Origin: the human T2T-CHM13v2.0 reference genome, Homo sapiens | Length of the DNA stretch: 64,000 nucleotides | Direction: 5' to 3' (one strand) | NCBI RefSeq assembly: GCF_009914755.1 | Contig: NC_060929.1 | Shown: piece by piece, positions 57,189 through 64,000 of the stretch | Position numbering within the stretch: the first letter of the stretch is position 1 | Layout of the letters: every line of letters begins with the position of its first letter | The notes under the pieces: model-generated | Seen by the model: the letters and a program-made list of their open reading frames with translations, nothing else | Told to the model about the DNA's origin: nothing | Database searches by the model: none | Program-made: the position numbers and the translations under genes

Positions 57189-59989
57189 GGGAATGTTAGA
57201 CGTGTGGTCTGCCTTCAGCTTTTCAAATCAAATAGGTCCAAGAACCAGGCCCCGTGCCCTGGTCCTCCAGACAGTCAGTGTCAGATGTTCTGGCTTGCCT
57301 GGGACCTCCCAGGGTACCGGGCACCTTCTGGAACATTGTCCAGCCCAGCGTGCACAGCTCTGCTTGTGAAAATCCAGAGGGACTGTCTCACCCTCTGTTC
57401 AGGAGGTTAAATTTCATAAGACTGCTCCTTTTGGATGAAGAAATCCAATTTGGTATAGCAGGTTGTGCATTTCCATCATTAATGATTTAGCCATGCTGTG
57501 CCCTGCAGTCTCTGCACGTGGCCTGCAGCGTTTGTCCACCCAGCGCATCCTGCTCACCTCGGTCCACTGCCAGCGCTGCCCGGTCCGCCTCCCTGCCTCA
57601 CTGTGCAGCGCCGGCCCTCCTGGGTTGACACTCCCGAGGCCCAGCCTCATTCTCCAGACGCTTCCCTTCCACAGTGATGCGTCTGGTTTTGGGGCTGCAG
57701 CCTCTGGTCTCAGAAAGCCTGCTCCTTCCACCCAGTTGTGCACGACTTTTCTCTGTTCGTTTTGGTCTCTTGGGATCTGTTCAAACCTCTGCTCAGTGTG
57801 TTGAGGGGTGAGGGGCAGGGAGCATGGTTTCCTGGAAAAAGCCCCCAGTCTCTTAAGCTGGGCAGGTGTGCTGTGGGGGGTGGGGACTGGGGCTGCTTCT
57901 GTGCTCCAGATGAGACCTCCCCCACTGCCCAACTGCACTTGGCCTGGGGCCCTCTGGATACGAATCCCTCTGGAGCAGGCACTCCAGGCTCCCTGGGGAT
58001 GGGAGGGGGAGGGATGTGGGCTTGGGGGTCTGGCTGCTCCCTCATGACCTCAGTCATGGGGATCCCAGGGCAGTCTCTGAGGATCCCCAGCAATCCACGC
58101 CGGGTGCCTCCCTAGACCTTGACACCCCCATGACTCTGCAGCAGATGACCCCAAGTTCTACTCCATGAGGTCAACTTCCTTGTCCAGGCCGCAAGCTCCC
58201 AATTCCATGAGGCCTTCCTCACCCAGGCCTCCACGGCCAGGCGCCCAGCGACTTCTCCCTCGCCTCATGGGCACCTGGACTCAGTGTCCAGTAGCTGCAC
58301 CCACCCCACCCTGGGAGCTGCCCTCACTCCTCCTTCAGCCTTAGGCCTGTGAGGTCTCTGTGCTTGGGGTGAGGGCAGCTGCTGCGGCCACCCTGCAGCC
58401 CTCCCAGCCACGTCTCCAGGCCCTTGCCCGTGCTGTTCCCTGTGCAGTGGGCAACCCCCACCCCACACCTGCAGCTTCTCTGGCCTCTGGATTCCTACCT
58501 GGGTCAGGGAAGCCTGCTACTCTGGAGGAGCTGTCAGCCCTGGTGAGACACCTGCCCCCAGGCACATGTCTCCATGGATGATACGGGCCAACAGTTGATA
58601 CCAAGGCCGATGTGCTCATCCTGTGGATCAGCTGCCGGGGAAGGAATGTTGTGTGTGGCGGTTAGCTCCATACTCCTAGAAAGCAGGCGAAGGCCAGGTG
58701 AGACGGAGACTTTCATAGAGAAAAGGTCAGATTGTGGATGATTTTCCTTCCTTCCTTTTCACAGCAATGAGAGGTTCCTCTGATGGAGATAAAGTGTGTT
58801 TCTCAGGTCTCTGGTATGCTCAGGTGTGGCAGGTTCACAGGTGTGAGGTACACTCAGGTGTGTGGTGCAGGTACCCTCAGGTACTCTGCACGTGGCTGCC
58901 ATGGGGGCTCCTGTTTGCAGGCAGCTCGGGGAGGCTGCCTTGGAGAGGGGCCTCCATGAAGACTCACAAGAACAAAAGCCGCTGAAAATTCCAGAGCAGA
59001 AGTTCTTCAGCAGAGGGTGAGGAGGGCGGTGGGGCCGCTGCACCACACGCTTGGAGGACCAGCAGGGGTAGAGCGCTGGACAAACGCATGTCAGGCCGGC
59101 CTGCTGGCAAAGGAACCCCTGGATGCAGAGAGCCTGTTGGGCTGGTGGGCTGTGGCTGTTGGGAGGGACATTTCCCCGGGGAGCTCCCAGCCATCAGAAG
59201 TCAAGGGAGGGAGGCGGTGAGGAGCCTCTCGAAGCAGAAGGTGTGGAGGGGGGACTCCCCTGCTCTCCTGGCCGGAGTCACTGATACAAAACTGGGGGTC
59301 CCTGGAGGGCAGTGAGCTCACGAGTTGTGGTGGATTCCTTGTGGAGGGGGTGCCAACCCGCAGGGAAGCAGGGCTGCCGTGCCCCCTGCCCAGCCACACT
59401 GCCAGCACAGACCCCATCCTCAGGCGCCTGCAGGGAGGCCACCCACGCCTTCCTGGGTGAGGGAAGCCCCTGAGCTAAACCTCACTGCACTCTGAGGCCC
59501 CAAGGGCCAGGCAGCTGCACACAGCCTGGGCCACGTGGGGGCAGTGCGGCTGCACCACGGAGCTCTCGGGAGCTGCTGACTGACCGGGAGGACCTGCCCG
59601 ACACAGCCATGGGATTTATAGCCGCAGAGAGAAAACTACAGAGAGACGGGCCTTCGCCCTTTCAGCTCTCCCTTGTCAGGCAGGCTGTGCCCTGTGACCC
59701 TTCAGAGCCTGGGTTTGGGGGTGGAGGGGGTGGACAGCTGACCAGGTGCCTGGCGCAGGCCCAGTGTGGTGAGGCTGGGTCGCGGAGGCCAGGCCAGGCC
59801 AGCGGCCACGACCACCCACCAGGGACCCTCAGCGTCACGACCCCGGTCCCAAGACCCAAGACAGCAGGACATGGGGGCACAGCCATCTCTGGGGGCCTCT
59901 CCTTCCCCCCGCTCTGGGTCCTCAGTCATCAGTGCAGACATGGAGGTGCAGGTGCACGCCGTACACCCTCACCTGGGGCCCCTGGCCCA

Positions 59990-61232
59990 TGCCTCCCCAC
60001 CCTCCCTACCCTGATCTCCCCCCACAACCCTACACCTCCCCGGACAACCCTGCACCTCCCCCCACAGCCACCCTGCACCTCCCCGCCACAACCCTGCACC
60101 TCCCCCAACAACCCTTCAACTCCCCTCTCACCTTGCACCTGCCCCTCACCCTGCACCTCCCCCCATCCTGTACCTCCCCCCTTCACCCTCCACCTACTCC
60201 CAACCCTGCATCTCCCCCCAACCCTGCACCTCCCCACATCCTTCACCTCCCTCCTCACCTGGCACCTCCCCCCATCCTTTCCCTCCCCCCTCACCCTGCA
60301 CCTCCCTTGCCCTGCACCTCCTCCCTCCCTCTCCCCCTCACCCTGCACCTCCCCCCTCCACTCCCCCTCACCTCCCCCCCACTTTCCACCTCCCCCCTCC
60401 ACCTCCCCCCTCACCTCCTCCCCAGCCTCCACCTCCCCCCTCACCTCCCCCCTCACCCACCACCTCCCGCCCTCACCCTCCACCTCCCCCCGCACCCTGC
60501 ACCTCCCCCCGCACCCTGCACCTCCCACCCTTACCCTGCACCTCCCCCCATCTTTTACCTCCCCCCTCACCCTGCACCTCCCTCTCGCCCTGCACCTCCT
60601 CCCTCCCTCTCCCCCTCATCCTGCACCTCCCCCCTCCACGCCCCCTCACCTCCCCCCACCTTCCACCTCCCCCCTCCACCTCCCCCCTCACTTCCCCCCC
60701 AGCCTCCACCTCCCCCCTCACCCTCCACCTCCCTTCCGCACCCTGCACCTCCCACCCTTACCCTGCACCTCCCCCCATCTTTTACCTCCCTCCCACCCTG
60801 CATCTCCCCCAACCCTGCACCTCCCCCATCCTTCACCTCCCCTCTCACCCTCCACCTCCCCCACTCACCCTCCACCTCCCCCCCACCCTGCACCTCCCCC
60901 TCCCCCTGCACCTCCCGCCCTCACCCTGCACCTCCCCCCATCCTTTACCTCCCCCCACCCTCCATCTGCCCCCAACCCTGCACCTCCCCCAATCCTTCAC
61001 CTCCCCCCTCCCTTCATCTCCCCCCTCACCCTCCACCTCCCCCCCGCACCCTGCACCTCCCACCCTTACCCTGCACCTCTCCCCATCTTTTACCTCCCCC
61101 CACCCTGCATCTCCCCCCAACCCTGCACCTCCCCCCATCCTTTACCTCCCCCCACCCTGCATCTCCCCCCAACCCTGCACCTCCCCCAATCCTTCACCTC
61201 CCCCCTCACCCTCCACCTCCCCCCCTCACCCT
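59990..61232. repeat. C-rich low-complexity minisatellite (CACCCTGCACCTCCCCC-like units)
   Basis: ~1.2 kb almost devoid of G apart from CTGCA. Confidence 0.93.
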
Positions 61233-61390
61233 GCGGCAAGCAGAGAGCTGACTCCAGCACAGTGAACTTGGAATGATGGAATGCACCCTGGAAGCAGCTC
61301 TGACGGGCGCCACCGTGACTGTGCCCAGCAGGGAGCTCCCTTGTGGTTTTTAACAAAAGACAAAATTCCCCAGGTCCTTCTCTGTCCTAC

Positions 61391-61476
61391 AGGAGAAACT
61401 GGTGTGGGAGAGGGAACCCAGGCGTGACCAGGGAGAAACTGGTGTGGGAGAGAGAGGGAACCCAGGCGTGACCAGG
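61391..61476. repeat. ~40-bp tandem duplication
   Basis: GGAGAAACTGGTGTGGGAGAG(AGAG)GGAACCCAGGCGTGACCAGGG twice. Confidence 0.85.
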
Positions 61477-62917
61477 GCTGCCCAAGCGGCTCCCTGTGAG
61501 GCATCAACGCTGGAGACACAGCAGTCATGGGGAACCCGGGGAACCCGGGAAACCCAGCCGCCATCAGAGAGCCAGAGAGCCGCAGGCGCCTGTGCGGGGT
61601 CCTGGCCTGGCCCCGAGGGGTCAGCACACCCCTGTCTGCCTCTGAGGTCAGGGCCCTGGGGTCTCCTGACCTGGCCTGCCTGTGGGAGGCAAAGGTGTGG
61701 CCAGGAGAGGACAGGAGGGGGCAGTCACAGTCACCACTCCTGGAGGCCCATGAAGAGCAGCTTTGCCCCCACACTTCTGTGAAGCCAACTTGGGCCTGTT
61801 TGGGAGGGGCCTGGCGCTGCAGCCGGCCGTGGGCACCTGCCATGTGGCGGTCCACTGGAGGCCAAGTCCAGCTCATATGGCTCTGGGGACCCACCGCACC
61901 AGACTCCAGTGTGGGGATACCCGGAGCTGGGGGTGGGTCCTCGGAGGCTTCCAGTCCTGCCCCAGCTGCCATCCCTGCCAGGTGTTAGCGCCTCTGGTTC
62001 AGAGTCCCGAGAGGACCAGTGGCCCAGGAGAAAGGGGTGTGTCTCCAGCTGCTGGGAGTGTGGGTGGGAGCCAGAGGGTTCAATGACACTGGGGACAGCA
62101 AGTCCGGACTGGAGGGAGGAGACCTCCTGAACAGGGTCCCCAGCACAGAGGCAGAAAGGAGACTCTGTGACTGGGGGTGTCAGCTGCATCTGGACCTTCG
62201 TGGTGGGGAGGGAGGCACGCCCAATAGCCCGTCTGAACGGGAGGTGGCTCAGGGATCCCCCATTGTGCTGGTGGGGTGCCCAGAGACTCCAGGACTCCAC
62301 GTGGGGCTCTGCCTGCTAAACCCTGAGACTTTAGGGGCAGTGGCTCCCACGGCAGGGTCATCCTTTTTCTGCACAGTCCCACTGGCTGCCCCAGGTCCTG
62401 CAGAGACCTGAGACTTTGGGGACAAGCACAGGGGACAGGTGGGCGTGGATGGCCTGTGCCGGTCAAGGGCAGTGGGAAGGAAGGAGGAGCAGTTTCCTTC
62501 TGTACCCAGGAAATAGAGTAACAAAGTGTCTCATTCCAGTTGGTTCTGGTGGGACAGGGTAGGTGGAAGGGAACCCGTGCTTGCCCTGAGACATGGGGGT
62601 GCTGTCTTCCCATGCAGGGGGACTGCGGCTCACCACCATCACATTCTACCCACAGGTTCTTATTTTAACAGATCACAAAGGTACTATGTGCTTCTTGCAA
62701 AAATTTACAGGAATTGTAGACTTTTCAAAAAGTAAAAAGAAATTAAAGTTCACCTGTTACCTCAGAGTTATCCAGCTACACATTTTCTGTGCATAATTCA
62801 CTTTACAAAAATTGGATCAAGATAAAACTAATGATTTTTAAAAATACAGCAATATAGTTGCACATTGTTCCATATCAAAAAATAAATGTGTGCACCCAGG
62901 GCTCCTGGCTGTCTCAG

Positions 62918-63203
<286 letters not shown>

Positions 63204-63449
63204 GCCCATTTACTCAGCCCACATTTTTGAGCCTCTGCTATTCGACAGGAACCAGAGGTGAGCAGAGCCGACTTGGTGACCCCTGGGGACAGAGCGGCAG
63301 AACTCAGCAATTCTGGGCTGCCCTGCAGGAGCTACACCCGGGGAGGGGCGGTGGCCACTTGGGGGCAGGGTGGGCTTCTCAGCTGCGCCCACCCCACCTT
63401 GGGAGCTGTGTCTGGAAAAGAGACTTTTCCTGAGCCGACAGCAGACAGC

Positions 63450-64000
63450 GAGTGCAAAGGCCCCAAGGCCCGCACGCCTTATTCAGAGAACAGCAGGAGG
63501 CGCGGGGCGGGTTGGGGGCGTCAGGGAGACGGGGTTTGACTGAGAACCTGGGGGCGCCAGTGACAGCCTCGGCCGCGTTGCTGAAAACCGACCTTGCGGG
63601 ATGAAGAGGGCGCGGTTCCCCCGGCTGGGATGAGGACCGCGGATGCTGAGGAGCGGACTCCAGGGACCACCGACTCCATGGCCGGCCCCAGCGAGGGCGA
63701 GAACGGGTGGAAGCCGGCCAGGGTCTGTGGAGACGTCAGGGTGCGAGGCCAGGCTGAGGTGTCCCCAGGGATCCCCTGAGGGTACAGGGAATTCAGCCAG
63801 GGCCTGCGCGCCCGGACGGAGGACTAGAGGGGGCCAAGGACCACCGGGAGGGGGAAGGAGAAGGCGCAGCCCGAGGTCGGAGGGGCCGGCGGGCGCGCAG
63901 AGGGCGCGGGGTGAGCCCTAAGGACCTGCAGGCAGGACCCTGCTCTCGGCCGCGCGGTCCCGGGTGCCGACCGGCGGGGTGGGCGGGGCAGGGGCACCCA
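63450..64000 (+). promoter_or_regulatory. AHRR: Start of a CpG island, probably the AHRR promoter (runs off the window)
   Basis: Rising CpG density, GC boxes GGGGCGGG (~63504) and GGGCGGGG (~63981), XRE core CACGC 63473-63477; gene identity from known PDCD6-AHRR adjacency, no AHRR coding sequence seen. Confidence 0.6.

Noticed and set aside
59609-61276. 555-aa and 439-aa extensin-like ORFs
   Set aside because: Low-complexity C-rich tract; absence of stops is compositional

Overview
Primate (almost certainly human, 5p15.33) genomic DNA, not microbial. It contains the complete six-exon PDCD6 gene (ALG-2, penta-EF-hand Ca2+-binding protein; + strand; the spliced CDS is 576 nt = 191 aa + stop and every intron is GT-AG), its CpG-island promoter, and a CpG island at the right edge that is probably the AHRR promoter (from known gene order SDHA-PDCD6-AHRR, not from sequence in the window). 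The 31-kb intron 2 carries an antisense PPP4R2 retrocopy that unusually keeps one intron, and a ~6-kb 47-bp satellite-like array with an internal inversion, bounded on the minus strand by a splice acceptor and a poly(A) signal. A ~22-kb block holding these elements is bracketed by a duplicated flank+Alu, suggesting an old insertion or rearrangement. The window is very rich in minisatellites, several grown out of transposon remnants (largest: a ~4.1-kb 32-bp VNTR inside one MER1B). Nearly all long ORFs in the supplied track are repeat artefacts. Repeat family calls come from recalled consensus sequences and their coordinates are approximate; no database search was run.
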